From assembly GCA_040374385.1 (NCBI GenBank), contig JBEIUM010000001.1:1-36243 (forward strand): a stretch of 36,243 nt of DNA. Direction: 5' to 3'. The notes under the pieces are model-generated. The model was not told where the DNA came from. It worked only from the letters and a program-made list of their open reading frames with translations, and searched no databases. The stretch comes from Sediminibacterium sp. Its GTDB lineage: Bacteria > Bacteroidota > Bacteroidia > Chitinophagales > Chitinophagaceae. A program made the position numbers and the translations under genes. This document shows, one piece after another, positions 10,031-19,889 of the stretch; within the stretch, counting starts at the first letter, position 1, and each line of letters opens with the position of its first letter.

Positions 10031-10153
10031 GGAAGTGAGGCTTCGTTAAATAGCACATATCCAGCTATCTGTAACATCGTGGAAAAGAAATACATAAATC
10101 GTGGGAAAACATCCCACAAACGGCTTAAAAATGGTCGGGTCAGTGGATTTCCC

Positions 10154-10161
10154 TATATTCG
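10154..10161 (+). promoter_or_regulatory. Probable -7 element (TAnnTTCG variant) for the nucleotidyltransferase gene
   Basis: TATATTCG, 67 nt upstream of the ATG at 10229. One mismatch to TAnnTTTG. Confidence 0.4.
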
Positions 10162-10228
10162 TTGCCCTGTTTTCAATTGCCCGGGCAGGAGAGTTGTAGC
10201 AACTTCTCTTTCATTAGAACGAACATGT

Positions 10229-11221
10229 ATGAAAGCAATAATACCGGTAGCCGGAGCGGGAACGAAACTTCGCCCCCACACATATACTCAACCCAAAGCA
10301 CTCATTCCCATTGCCGGTAAAACCATTTTAAGTTTTATCGTTGATCAGTTGCATGATGCCGGCATCAGAGAATTTATTTTTATTGTCGGGCACATGGGGG
10401 AGAAGATCCGTGATTATGTGCAGCAGACCTATCCGGATATTACGGCACACTTTGTATTTCAAAATGAGCGCCAGGGCACAGGGCATGCGATTGAGTTGAC
10501 CGGCAACCTGGTAGCAGGGGATGAGGTGTTTGTGGTGTTGGGCGATACCATTTGTGAATACGATATCAAGGAGGTGATGGATAGTCCCTACAGCATGCTG
10601 GGAATTAAGAAGGTTGACGACCCAAGAGATTTTGGTGTGGCATTGGTAGGTGAGGATGAATTCATTGAGCAGGTGGTTGAAAAGCCCGCTATTCCAAAAA
10701 GCAATATGGCATTGGTTGGATTATATAAAATCAGGGAAACCGATATTCTCTTTGATTGTCTGCGACAGCTGTATAGTCATTTACCCGGTACGGATGGCGC
10801 ATATCACCTGACAGATGCTTTGGATTGTATGATTCAACGGGGTGCAAAGTTCAAGGCATTTAAAGTGAAGAATTGGTTCGACTGTGGCAAGAAGGAAAGT
10901 CTTCTGGAAAGTAATGCCATCTTATTGAAAAAATCCGGAGGGAATATCGGTGTGGAGCACCATTTCCCCAATACGATTATCATACCACCGGTGAGCATTG
11001 CACCAGGATGCGATATTTCTCATGCCATCATTGGACCGCATGTGGCAGTGGGTGCCAATGCCAGTATTCGGCATTCCATCGTTCGCGATAGTATTATTGG
11101 TTCCTTTACCCACTTGCATGAAGTAGTGCTTGATCATTCCTTGATCGGTAGCGATGCTTCAGTGAAAGGCTTAAGTCGTACCTTGAATATTGGTGATAAT
11201 ACCGATATTGATTTTGGATAG
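10229..11221 (+). CDS. Sugar-phosphate nucleotidyltransferase (glucose-1-phosphate thymidylyltransferase long-form-like, C-terminal hexapeptide repeats)
   Basis: Start reassigned to ATG 10229 (MKAIIPVAGAGTKLRPHT..PKAL). GTGHA, LGDT, VEKP, WFDCG and a C-terminal beta-helix (IIPPVSI..IGPHV.VG..SII). The longer ORF from 9806 overlaps glyA and is not credible. Confidence 0.9.
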   Translation: MKAIIPVAGAGTKLRPHTYTQPKALIPIAGKTILSFIVDQLHDAGIREFIFIVGHMGEKIRDYVQQTYPDITAHFVFQNERQGTGHAIELTGNLVAGDEVFVVLGDTICEYDIKEVMDSPYSMLGIKKVDDPRDFGVALVGEDEFIEQVVEKPAIPKSNMALVGLYKIRETDILFDCLRQLYSHLPGTDGAYHLTDALDCMIQRGAKFKAFKVKNWFDCGKKESLLESNAILLKKSGGNIGVEHHFPNTIIIPPVSIAPGCDISHAIIGPHVAVGANASIRHSIVRDSIIGSFTHLHEVVLDHSLIGSDASVKGLSRTLNIGDNTDIDFG

Positions 11222-11239
11222 TAATTAATTCAGTCTGCT

Positions 11240-12208
11240 ATGGAGTTGTTCAGCGACAATCCTGTTTCCAAACTATTCGGTATCCGCTACCCGATTGTTC
11301 AGGGTGGGATGGTTTGGGCCAGTGGCTGGAAGCTGGCTGCAGCTGTTAGTAATGCCGGCGGGTTGGGACTAATAGGTGCCGGCAGTATGTACCCAGCAGT
11401 GTTACAACATCACATCCGGCAATGCAAGCAGGCGACCGACAAGCCATTTGGGGTAAATATTCCATTGATGTATCCGGATGTGCCCGCGTTGGTCAAAATC
11501 ATTATTGAAGAAAAAGTTCCTATTGTTTTTACCAGTGCAGGAAATCCTGCGCTCTATACGACTACATTAAAAGAGCAGGGATGCCTTGTTGTGCATGTTG
11601 TCAGCAGCAGCCATTTTGCCCGTAAGGCTGAAGCTGCCGGTTGTGATGCAGTTGTGGCGGAAGGGTTTGAAGCGGGCGGACACAATGGGCGCGAAGAAAC
11701 AACCACATTTGTATTGGTGCCACTCGTTCGTGCTGCTGTCAAAATTCCCGTGATTGCAGCGGGTGGTATTGCCACGGGAAGTCAGATGCTGGCGGCCTTT
11801 GCACTCGGTGCAGCCGGTGTTCAGGTCGGCTCCCGTTTTGTATGTACTCCGGAGGCTTCTTCACATATTTCATTTAAAGATGCGGTAGTAGCCGCTCCGG
11901 AAGGGGCAACCTTATTATCATTGAAAAAGCTGGCCCCCGTTCGTTTATTGAAAAACGACTTCTTTGATCAGGTACAGGCAGCAGAAAACCGGGGTGCCGG
12001 AAAGGAGGAGCTGCAGCAATTGTTAGGTCGCGGCCGCGCTAAGCGGGGCATGTTTGAAGGTGATTTGAAAGAGGGCGAATTGGAAATTGGTCAGGTAAGT
12101 TCACTCATTCATGATATTCGCCCTGCCGGAGACATTGTGCGTTCCTTGGTCAGCGAGTTCGAACAAGCCAGGCAGCAGCTCATACAAGTCTCTGCAAAAG
12201 GGGAGTAA
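11240..12208 (+). CDS. FMN-dependent oxidoreductase, nitronate monooxygenase / FabK enoyl-ACP reductase family
   Basis: YPIVQGGMVW, LAAAVSNAGGLG, PFGVNI, AEGFEAGGHNG, PVIAAGGI, GVQVGSRF, LEIGQ. Confidence 0.88.
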   Translation: MELFSDNPVSKLFGIRYPIVQGGMVWASGWKLAAAVSNAGGLGLIGAGSMYPAVLQHHIRQCKQATDKPFGVNIPLMYPDVPALVKIIIEEKVPIVFTSAGNPALYTTTLKEQGCLVVHVVSSSHFARKAEAAGCDAVVAEGFEAGGHNGREETTTFVLVPLVRAAVKIPVIAAGGIATGSQMLAAFALGAAGVQVGSRFVCTPEASSHISFKDAVVAAPEGATLLSLKKLAPVRLLKNDFFDQVQAAENRGAGKEELQQLLGRGRAKRGMFEGDLKEGELEIGQVSSLIHDIRPAGDIVRSLVSEFEQARQQLIQVSAKGE

Positions 12209-12213
12209 CAGCT

Positions 12214-12969
12214 TTACTTGTGAAGATAAAATGAGTTAGCCTGTGCTTTGCAGGTAACCACCAGTTCATTGATGCATACATGATCTGGTAAGTTGGCAGC
12301 ATAAAAAATAATATCGGCAACATCTTCAGCCAGTAGAGGTTGATACCCCTCGTAAACTGCAGCTGCTTTTTGTTCATTGCCTTTGAAACGAACTACGGAG
12401 AATTGCGTTTCAGCTGCTCCCGGATGCACCACCGTTACTTTTATGCCATCCGGTAATAAATCAATACGCATGGCCTTGCTGATAGCATCCACCGCATGTT
12501 TGGTGGCACAGTAAACATTCCCATCCTTATATACTTCTACGCCGGCTGTTGAACCAATGTTGATGATGTGCCCTGTCTTTCTTTCTTTCATCAAAGGGAG
12601 CACGGCCCTGGTTACATAGAGTAAGCCTTTCAAATTGGTATCGATCATTACTTCCCAGTCTTCCATATCTGCTTTATCAAAGGGGTCTCTACCCAATGCT
12701 AAGCCAGCATTATTAACTAATACATCTATGTTTTTCCATTCGTCCGGAATAAGTGCTATTTGCTGTTCGACCGCTGCTTTATCTTGTACATCAAAAATCA
12801 GCGGTAAAACCTGCACGCCATATTTATTTTTCAGTTCGTTTGAGACTGCCTCCAACTTATCGGCACTGCGTGCAGTAATTATACAATTCCATCCGGCTGC
12901 AGCAAATTTTTCAGCAGTGGATTTACCAAAGCCAGAGCTGGCTCCGGTAATAAGTATAATCTTATTCAT
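12214..12969 (-). CDS. Short-chain dehydrogenase/reductase (YdfG-like, NADP-dependent)
   Basis: ITGASSGFG, NNAGLALG, NIGS, YCATK (YxxxK), PGAAET.FS.VRF. Start placed at ATG 12969 because a promoter element overlaps the upstream TTG. Confidence 0.92.
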   Translation of the reverse strand: MNKIILITGASSGFGKSTAEKFAAAGWNCIITARSADKLEAVSNELKNKYGVQVLPLIFDVQDKAAVEQQIALIPDEWKNIDVLVNNAGLALGRDPFDKADMEDWEVMIDTNLKGLLYVTRAVLPLMKERKTGHIINIGSTAGVEVYKDGNVYCATKHAVDAISKAMRIDLLPDGIKVTVVHPGAAETQFSVVRFKGNEQKAAAVYEGYQPLLAEDVADIIFYAANLPDHVCINELVVTCKAQANSFYLHK

Positions 12970-12987
12970 AGTGTAAATCTGTTCCTG

Positions 12988-12995
12988 CAAAACTA
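12988..12995 (-). promoter_or_regulatory. -7 promoter element for the SDR gene
   Basis: TAGTTTTG on the minus strand, 18 nt upstream of ATG 12969. Confidence 0.6.
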
Positions 12996-13031
12996 ATTCA
13001 TTGGAACCGGTAAATGAGGGCTTACCATATT

Positions 13032-15671
13032 TTATCTGATCAGTACGATGGTTCCCTTCCTGAAAATGGTATTTCCTCTATAGTCAACACCTTCTGCCTG
13101 ATAAATATAAGTTCCCGGCGCCTGATTTTGACCTTTATATGTGCCGTCCCACCCATCTCCAATGACTGAGGTGGTAAAGATTGTTTCACCTAGCCGGTTA
13201 AAAATGGTGAAGTATTTTAACTGAGCAATACCGGGGGTTATGGGTCGGGCCAGATCATTCTTTCCGTCACCATTGGGCGTAAATCCGGATGGTACAATGA
13301 TATCTGGTCCCAATTTCGAAATGCGAATCGTTACCAGATCGGAACGCACACAGGGGCCATCTGCTACATATACTCTGTAGACAACTGAATCAACGCTGTT
13401 ATCGAGGGTAACGATGGGATTCGGAATATTGACATTCGATAACCCGGTTCCGGGTGTCCAGAAATAGCGGTTGCCACCGGAAGCCTGCAATTGATAAGGC
13501 TGTCCCGGGGCGAGGGTGGTATCTTTTCCTGCATCCGCATTGATCGGGGGTAGTACATTGATCTGAACGGTATCGATTACAGTTTTCGGACAACCCAATG
13601 TATCTGAAACTATTAAAATGTATTGTGTTGTGTCGGAAGGACCTGCCAGTGGTGTGAGGGTTCTTTCATTGATCAGGCTAATGGTGGGCGACCAAGTGAA
13701 TACCGAGCCCACTACAAGAGCACTTAATTTTATCCTGCTGCCAAAACAGATGGTGGTATCCTGTCCGATATTCACCTGGGGATAGGGAACAACTTTCACC
13801 ACGATGCTGTCTCTGGCCTGACACTTTCCTAAATTGGCAGTCACGCGGTATTTGGTGGTTGAGAGAGGCCGTATGACAGGGTTTTTGATGGGGTCGACTA
13901 CTTCACCTGTGGATGAAGTCCATAAATAACTGAGTGCATAGCTGATGGGTGATAGAACAATGGGGTCTGTTTGGCAGATGGTGGTATCCATGCCTGCATC
14001 AACATCGATAAATTGTAAAACATTGACGGTAACGGTGTCTTGACTGATACACCCATTATCTTCTACCCTGATCACATATCGGGTTGTATCCCTCGGATAG
14101 ACGAGTGGACTGGCGGTATTTTTAAATAGTATTCTGTTTTCATTCGGACCCGCAGTGGGCGTCCAGTTAATGATTCCCGAACCGATATTGGCAGAGAGGC
14201 GAAGGGTATCGATGCTGCAAATCAGGGTATCTTTAAAAGCAAGCGATAAAACTGGTTTGTCTAAAATGTTGAGTGTTTTGGTCACCGAGTCTGCACAACC
14301 AAAGGAATTCTTCACATATAATTTTACCTGCACTGTACCGGAATTGGCATAGGTCCAGGCAGTATCTTTCGCAGAGGCAGTATCTAAAGTCGATGAATTA
14401 TCTCCAAAATTCCATCTCCGTTCAACAATGCTACCATATTTATTGGTGGAAACATCCTGAAAGGTATAGGGGTTCAGAAAGCAATTGCCGGCGGCATTAA
14501 AATTCACCCTTAGGTCGGGATAAACTTTCACGATGGTTGTTGCAGAGTCTTTACATCCACCGGCGGTGGCCACCACTAGTTTTACCGTGTAAGTGCCACT
14601 GTCTTTTCCGCTGTTCAAAAAGTCATAGGTCGGTGTCGGAGAGGAGGAAGTATCGGTATTGATTCCGGCCACACCAAAGTCCCAGAAATAAGATGTGATC
14701 GAGCTGTTGCTGGATTCATTCTGGAAGCTAAGGGTTGTACCATTACAGGTAATGTAATTGGGTTTTAGTTCTGCTGCGGAAATCGAACACCCCGCCACCG
14801 TGATGTGTATTTCTTTTTTAGTGCTCCCAATTAAAACGCCATTCCTGTATTCATTGGCGCAAACCGCCACTACATATTGACCGGTAACCCCGGGTGCTGT
14901 ACCACTAATGATGCCTGTATTTGGATCGATGGTAACAGTGGGCCCCAATGGACTGTTACCGGGGAAAGAGGGATTGTAGGGAACGGATGCATAGGGAGGA
15001 GCAGTTGGGGGATTGGGAATGGATACGCCGGTACCACCTCCAATCGATCCATTACAAAAACTATAAATGATTTGATCGCCGTCAGCATCCGTAGCACTAA
15101 AATCAAAGGTGAAAGGTGAATTAAAGCAGACAATGGCCGTATCTTTTTGCGCAAATACCGGACTGCTGTTTTTGGAATAATCTGTTCCGGTGATTACCCC
15201 GGGGATGGTATTTGAATAGCTCACACCAATATTGCCTGAATTGCCCGATACATTTACAATACCCGTAATGCGGCAGCATCTTTGAACTGTCAGTGTATAA
15301 CCATCCGGATTATCAGGCAGGTCGATTGTCAAATCATATCGGAGAATCAAAAAACATACGCGAGGGGGTGCATTAAGACAGGGGCTGAAACTATTTTTAT
15401 CTAAGGTTACTTCAGCACTCTTTGGAACAGTTTCTGTTCTTATTCGCTCTCCGGTGCGGCTATTGAAAAATCCAAGGAAAACTTGACCGTCTCGCTGGGC
15501 TGCGGTGGAGTTACAATCCATGTATTGACGAACAATTATTTCATACCGGGAAGTATTGGGAGTCGCTCCCGGCCCCACGTAACTATATTGTATCCAACCT
15601 CCTTTTAGGTGAGCTGCCTCCGATGAAAAAATGCCTAAGAGCAGAAATAAAAAAAGCAGCCGAAATCTCAT
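13032..15671 (-). CDS. Secreted PKD-domain surface protein with gliding-motility-associated (T9SS type B) C-terminal domain
   Basis: Signal peptide MRFRLLFLFLLLGIFSSEA. Two PKD cores (YFWDFG, RRWNFGD). C-terminal PSGFTPNGDGKND...IFNRLGE...WDGTYKG...GTYIY...KGTIVLIR. Alternative start TTG 15680. Confidence 0.9.
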   Translation of the reverse strand: MRFRLLFLFLLLGIFSSEAAHLKGGWIQYSYVGPGATPNTSRYEIIVRQYMDCNSTAAQRDGQVFLGFFNSRTGERIRTETVPKSAEVTLDKNSFSPCLNAPPRVCFLILRYDLTIDLPDNPDGYTLTVQRCCRITGIVNVSGNSGNIGVSYSNTIPGVITGTDYSKNSSPVFAQKDTAIVCFNSPFTFDFSATDADGDQIIYSFCNGSIGGGTGVSIPNPPTAPPYASVPYNPSFPGNSPLGPTVTIDPNTGIISGTAPGVTGQYVVAVCANEYRNGVLIGSTKKEIHITVAGCSISAAELKPNYITCNGTTLSFQNESSNSSITSYFWDFGVAGINTDTSSSPTPTYDFLNSGKDSGTYTVKLVVATAGGCKDSATTIVKVYPDLRVNFNAAGNCFLNPYTFQDVSTNKYGSIVERRWNFGDNSSTLDTASAKDTAWTYANSGTVQVKLYVKNSFGCADSVTKTLNILDKPVLSLAFKDTLICSIDTLRLSANIGSGIINWTPTAGPNENRILFKNTASPLVYPRDTTRYVIRVEDNGCISQDTVTVNVLQFIDVDAGMDTTICQTDPIVLSPISYALSYLWTSSTGEVVDPIKNPVIRPLSTTKYRVTANLGKCQARDSIVVKVVPYPQVNIGQDTTICFGSRIKLSALVVGSVFTWSPTISLINERTLTPLAGPSDTTQYILIVSDTLGCPKTVIDTVQINVLPPINADAGKDTTLAPGQPYQLQASGGNRYFWTPGTGLSNVNIPNPIVTLDNSVDSVVYRVYVADGPCVRSDLVTIRISKLGPDIIVPSGFTPNGDGKNDLARPITPGIAQLKYFTIFNRLGETIFTTSVIGDGWDGTYKGQNQAPGTYIYQAEGVDYRGNTIFRKGTIVLIR
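13320..14260 (-). repeat. Four degenerate ~77-79 aa Ig-like repeats inside the T9SS substrate
   Basis: Repeating protein motif AFKDTLIC / DAGMDTTIC / NIGQDTTIC / DAGKDTTLA, each followed by W(T/S), P and Y, at roughly 230-240 nt spacing. Boundaries approximate. Confidence 0.7.
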
Positions 15672-15820
15672 TTGGGACAAGAATTAGAATATAAAACACC
15701 TGAATACCTATATGAAGATAACTACATTCAAGTATTCGTTGCCTACATGCACAGATTTAAATAAGATTTTAACGGTTTTTCAAGTCCCGGTCTGATGCGG
15801 AAATCGTATTCGTCCTCTCC

Positions 15821-16621
15821 CTAATGAATACTGCAAAAATCCAATATGATTTGTTGAAACGCTTCGGGCATTTCCAGCATACTCATGTGGCCGGCCTGTT
15901 CCATCTCAATCACCTTTGCATTTTGCATATTTTTTGCCTGCTCGTAAACATCGCGTGCCGGTATCAGTTCATCTTTACTGCCCACCAGGAATAAAACCGG
16001 ACCAGTGAACGATTGCAGCACATGGGTGCGATCGGCACGCTGTATCATGGCTTCATAATAGCCAATGAGTGCTGATGCAGAAAATTGATTCCCTGCTTTT
16101 ATCAAATGTTCTATGACCGCCGGATTCGTTCGTCGAAACTCCTCAGCGAATAACCCCGGAAGCGATAAGGTTAGAAAGGCGGATGCGCCTTCTCTTTTAA
16201 TAAAATCAATGGACTGCTTTCTTTTATTGCGTCGCTCTTCTGAATCAGCATAGGCGGTTGAGTGTATTAAGCCCAAACCGCTTATCATACCAGGATAACG
16301 TTCCGCAATGGCCAGGGCAATGTATCCTCCCATGCTATGGCCCAATACGATGCATGTAGCTACTTGCTCCCTCTCCAACAAAGCATGTATGGCGTCTGCC
16401 AGTTCTTCTATGGTGGGATGAAAATCTTTCCAAGCGACTGACTTTCCTGAACCGGGTAGATCAGGTATCAAAACAGTCGCCATTCGTTCTAAGTGGGGTA
16501 TCAGTTGCTGAAATACCGTTCCATCTTCGCCAAAACCATGCAGTAAAAGTACGGTTGGTCCTTTTCCCGCCTGTCGATAGAATAACTCAGCACCACGGTA
16601 TTCGATGCACTTGGTTATCAT
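15821..16621 (-). CDS. Alpha/beta fold hydrolase (esterase/lipase-like)
   Basis: LLHGF, PDLPGSG, GHSMGG nucleophile elbow, KDELIP Asp, AGHMS His. Start placed at ATG 16621, which forms an ATGA overlap with the lnt stop. Confidence 0.9.
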   Translation of the reverse strand: MITKCIEYRGAELFYRQAGKGPTVLLLHGFGEDGTVFQQLIPHLERMATVLIPDLPGSGKSVAWKDFHPTIEELADAIHALLEREQVATCIVLGHSMGGYIALAIAERYPGMISGLGLIHSTAYADSEERRNKRKQSIDFIKREGASAFLTLSLPGLFAEEFRRTNPAVIEHLIKAGNQFSASALIGYYEAMIQRADRTHVLQSFTGPVLFLVGSKDELIPARDVYEQAKNMQNAKVIEMEQAGHMSMLEMPEAFQQIILDFCSIH

Positions 16622-18201
16622 TTTCTGGCGAGTCGTTTTTTCAGCCACTGCCAGGAGTGCCAGCTGAGCGCCAATACGGCCATGAACGACATCAAATAAT
16701 AGATCCAGTCTCCGTACTTCACATACGGGGTGATCCGATCATTTACAGGAACGGCATATTTGATCGCCCCACTCGTGGCCCAGGGAAGTGAGGTCAATAT
16801 ATTTCCTTCTTTATCAATGATGGCAGATATACCGGTATTGGCAGAACGAACAATCCATTTACCGGTTTCAATCGCCCGTAACCTAGCCATTTGCAGGTGT
16901 TGTCGGTGGCCGGGTGTATTTCCCCACCAGCCATCGTTGGTAATGATGGTGAGTACATTGGCACCCCGTTTCACATAACTGCCGGTATATTCCCCATAAA
17001 TACTTTCGTAACAAATGATAGGGGCAGCATGAAAGGGACTGCTGTTGTTCTGTAAGACAACGGGACTGGTGGATCTGCCGTATCCACCCGAAGTGCCGCC
17101 AAACTGTTCAAATACCGGTGATAAAAAGCGTAAAAAATTGGGTAGTGTTTCTACACCCGGCACTAATTTGCTTTTATAATAAAATTGTAGTGATTCATTT
17201 TGTTGTGCGAGTACGGCTGCATTCATGGCATCATAAAAATTTCCGTTGCCATCCAGCCGGGCACTTACTGAGATTTTTTCTTTTCCGTAGTTCACAAACA
17301 ATTCTATTCCGCTCAACAGTGATACTTTAGGATGTCGGGCCAGCATTGCGAAAACCGGTTGATAGTAACTGTTGCTAGCAGTATTTTCCTGCCAGTCGCC
17401 CGCACTGAGAGCGGTTTCCGGCCAAACGACCAGCCGTGTGTTGCTGTCAATCTCTTGCTCAGTTAAAGTGACCAAGCGCTTAATTTGTGCAGCAATGGAA
17501 TTGATGGAAAATTTCTGATAGGGATCTATATTGGGCTGAACTATGACAACATTACCGGGTGCCGGATCATCTGGCTTTTTATCGATGGAGGCATACCGAT
17601 TATAGGATATGAGAAATGCAGCCAACAGAATCAGGGTAACGAGCGCTGGTTTTCGGCTGCTGATAGATTTTTTTTGAAGCATTGCCTGCAACACATCGAA
17701 TAGACAGATATTAGTTATCAATACCAGAAGTGTACCACCTCCAATGCCACTTATTTCATACCACTTCACCCAGGAGGGGTGCATGCAAAATACATTGCCC
17801 AGGTGCAGCCAGGGCCAACTGATCTGCCAGTTCAAGTGAATGAGTTCAAAAGTCATCCAGAAAAAAACCAATGCGCTGTAACCGGCTCTTGTTCCATATT
17901 GACGCATGAAATTCCTATAACCAAGCCAGGGCACACACATCAGCAAGCTGTTGGCAATAATGGCAGCAATGGTTCCTACATCCGTTGAATTCCAGATCCA
18001 CCAGGTAGTACCGGTATTCCAGATCAGCATGGCCAGGAGAACCAGTAGAAACCAGTATATTTTTTTAATGGGCTCTTGTGCCAGCAACAGCAAAGGAATC
18101 CAGGCAATAAAGATGAGCCAAGTAAGCGATGAGTCGGGCCAAGCCAATGCAAGCAGGCAACCAGCTAAGATACTCAGCAACCAACGAGTTGAATGTTTCA
18201 A
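16618..18201 (-). CDS. lnt: Apolipoprotein N-acyltransferase
   Basis: N-terminal TM helices, WPWLHLG, VQPNIDP, catalytic triad motifs WPE / YKSKLVPGVE / ICYE, TNDGWWG, RAIETG, RSANTGISA. Confidence 0.96.
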   Translation of the reverse strand: MKHSTRWLLSILAGCLLALAWPDSSLTWLIFIAWIPLLLLAQEPIKKIYWFLLVLLAMLIWNTGTTWWIWNSTDVGTIAAIIANSLLMCVPWLGYRNFMRQYGTRAGYSALVFFWMTFELIHLNWQISWPWLHLGNVFCMHPSWVKWYEISGIGGGTLLVLITNICLFDVLQAMLQKKSISSRKPALVTLILLAAFLISYNRYASIDKKPDDPAPGNVVIVQPNIDPYQKFSINSIAAQIKRLVTLTEQEIDSNTRLVVWPETALSAGDWQENTASNSYYQPVFAMLARHPKVSLLSGIELFVNYGKEKISVSARLDGNGNFYDAMNAAVLAQQNESLQFYYKSKLVPGVETLPNFLRFLSPVFEQFGGTSGGYGRSTSPVVLQNNSSPFHAAPIICYESIYGEYTGSYVKRGANVLTIITNDGWWGNTPGHRQHLQMARLRAIETGKWIVRSANTGISAIIDKEGNILTSLPWATSGAIKYAVPVNDRITPYVKYGDWIYYLMSFMAVLALSWHSWQWLKKRLARK

Positions 18202-18270
18202 ATGAAATGTTTCAGTTCTTAGAATGAAAAAATTCCGGGTTTCTATGATAAAAGTGCAGGTGTATTTGCA

Positions 18271-19770
18271 CTATTTTTTACTATAATTCGGTGCCTCTTT
18301 TGTTATGTCCACATCGTGCGCATGGCTTTCTTTCATACCGGCTGCCGTAATTTGTATGAACGATGCTTTTTGCAGGGCTGCCATATTCTTTGCACCACAA
18401 TACCCCATCCCTGCCCTGAGTCCACCAACATATTGATAAATGATTTCTGATAGGGCCCCTTTGTAAGGTACTCTTCCCTCAATACCTTCGGGAACAAATT
18501 TTTTGATGTCATCTTCCACATCCTGGAAATAGCGGTCGCTGCTACCTTGACTCATGGCCCCCATACTTCCCATCCCCCTGTATTGTTTGAATTTCCGGCC
18601 ATCGAAAATGATGGTTTCTCCGGGACTCTCTTCCACACCTGCAAAGACGCTACCCATCATCACAGCACCAGCACCTGCTGCCAGCGCCTTTACCAGATCA
18701 CCTGTATAACGGATACCGCCATCGGCAATAACCGGAATATTTTTCCCCTTCAATGCAGCAGCTGTTTCCATAATGGCTGTGAGCTGTGGCATACCTGCAC
18801 CTGCTACGATGCGGGTTGTGCAGATTGACCCGGGACCAATACCAACTTTAATACAGTCAGCACCGGCATCGGCGAGTGCTTTGGCTCCGGCTGCAGTAGC
18901 CACATTCCCTGCAATGATGTTCAGTTGTTTGAAATTTTTTCTCAGTTGACGAAGTGCACTGATTACGCCCAGTGAATGTCCATGTGCGCTATCAAGGGTT
19001 ACAACGTCAACGCCCACTTGCTGCAAGGCAGCTGCCCTGTCCATCAGGTCGCGGGTAATTCCCAGTGCTGCTCCCACCAACAAACGACCCAGTCCATCTT
19101 TGCCGGCATGGGGAAAATTCCTCAGTTGCAGAATATCGCGGTAGGTGATCAGTCCGATCAGCTTCCCTTGTTTATTTACCACCGGTAGTTTTTCGATTTT
19201 ATACTGGCGAAGAATTTTCTCTGCTTTTTTCAGATCGGTTCCTTCCGGTGCCGTTATCAAGTTCTCTCTGGTCATCACCTCGGCAACTTTTCTTTTCCTG
19301 TCGTGCTCGAAACGCAGATCACGATTGGTAAGAATGCCTACCAGTTGATGGTGTTTGTCTACGACGGGTATGCCACCGATTTTGTTTTCCTTCATCAGGT
19401 GAAGGGCATCCCCGATGGTTGCATCCACCAGCAGTGTTATCGGGTCTATGATCATTCCACTTTCGCTTCTTTTCACCTTACGTACCTGCTCAGCTTGCTT
19501 TTCAATACTCATGTTTTTATGCAAGATGCCAAGTCCGCCTTCCCGTGCCAGTGCAATGGCCAGACCGGCTTCTGTCACTGTATCCATGGCTGCTGAAAGC
19601 ATGGGGATATTCAACTTGATTTCGCGAGTCAGTTGGGTACGTATGTCTACATCACGCGGCAGCACCTCGCTGTAAGCGGGAACCAGTAATACGTCATCGT
19701 AGGTGAGTCCTTGTCCCAGAATACGGGAAGAAGAGGAGCGGGCGGGGGTAGAATTATTTCTTGTTGCCAT
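18271..19770 (-). CDS. guaB: Inosine-5'-monophosphate dehydrogenase (with CBS pair)
   Basis: [37 protein letters not shown] (catalytic Cys), ADGGI, YRGMGS, VPEGIEG. Start placed at ATG 19770 because the upstream GTG extension overlaps a promoter element. Confidence 0.98.
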   Translation of the reverse strand: MATRNNSTPARSSSSRILGQGLTYDDVLLVPAYSEVLPRDVDIRTQLTREIKLNIPMLSAAMDTVTEAGLAIALAREGGLGILHKNMSIEKQAEQVRKVKRSESGMIIDPITLLVDATIGDALHLMKENKIGGIPVVDKHHQLVGILTNRDLRFEHDRKRKVAEVMTRENLITAPEGTDLKKAEKILRQYKIEKLPVVNKQGKLIGLITYRDILQLRNFPHAGKDGLGRLLVGAALGITRDLMDRAAALQQVGVDVVTLDSAHGHSLGVISALRQLRKNFKQLNIIAGNVATAAGAKALADAGADCIKVGIGPGSICTTRIVAGAGMPQLTAIMETAAALKGKNIPVIADGGIRYTGDLVKALAAGAGAVMMGSVFAGVEESPGETIIFDGRKFKQYRGMGSMGAMSQGSSDRYFQDVEDDIKKFVPEGIEGRVPYKGALSEIIYQYVGGLRAGMGYCGAKNMAALQKASFIQITAAGMKESHAHDVDITKEAPNYSKK

Positions 19771-19773
19771 GTG

Positions 19774-19781
19774 CAAAGATA
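19774..19781 (-). promoter_or_regulatory. -7 promoter element for guaB
   Basis: TATCTTTG-CAC-ATG on the minus strand. Confidence 0.7.
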
Positions 19782-19863
19782 GTCGCACCGGTGAAATCTT
19801 GCCAAAACATTTTTTTAAAGCCGCAGATGATAAAATATAGCATGTAACCGCCTGATAATTTGA

Positions 19864-19871
19864 TATTTTTG
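19864..19871 (+). promoter_or_regulatory. -7 promoter element for the MFS gene
   Basis: TATTTTTG, 18 nt upstream of ATG 19890. Confidence 0.6.
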
Positions 19872-19889
19872 ACCCTTATTCTCCATTTC

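Noticed and set aside
9806-10228. 141-codon N-terminal extension of the nucleotidyltransferase ORF in the ORF track
   Set aside because: It overlaps glyA on the opposite strand and both promoter regions. The family signature begins at MKAIIPVAG (10229).
15732-15813. GTATTCGT repeated at 15732-15739 and 15806-15813 upstream of the T9SS substrate gene
   Set aside because: Only two 8-mers, 74 nt apart, with no further array or symmetry. Insufficient evidence for a site.
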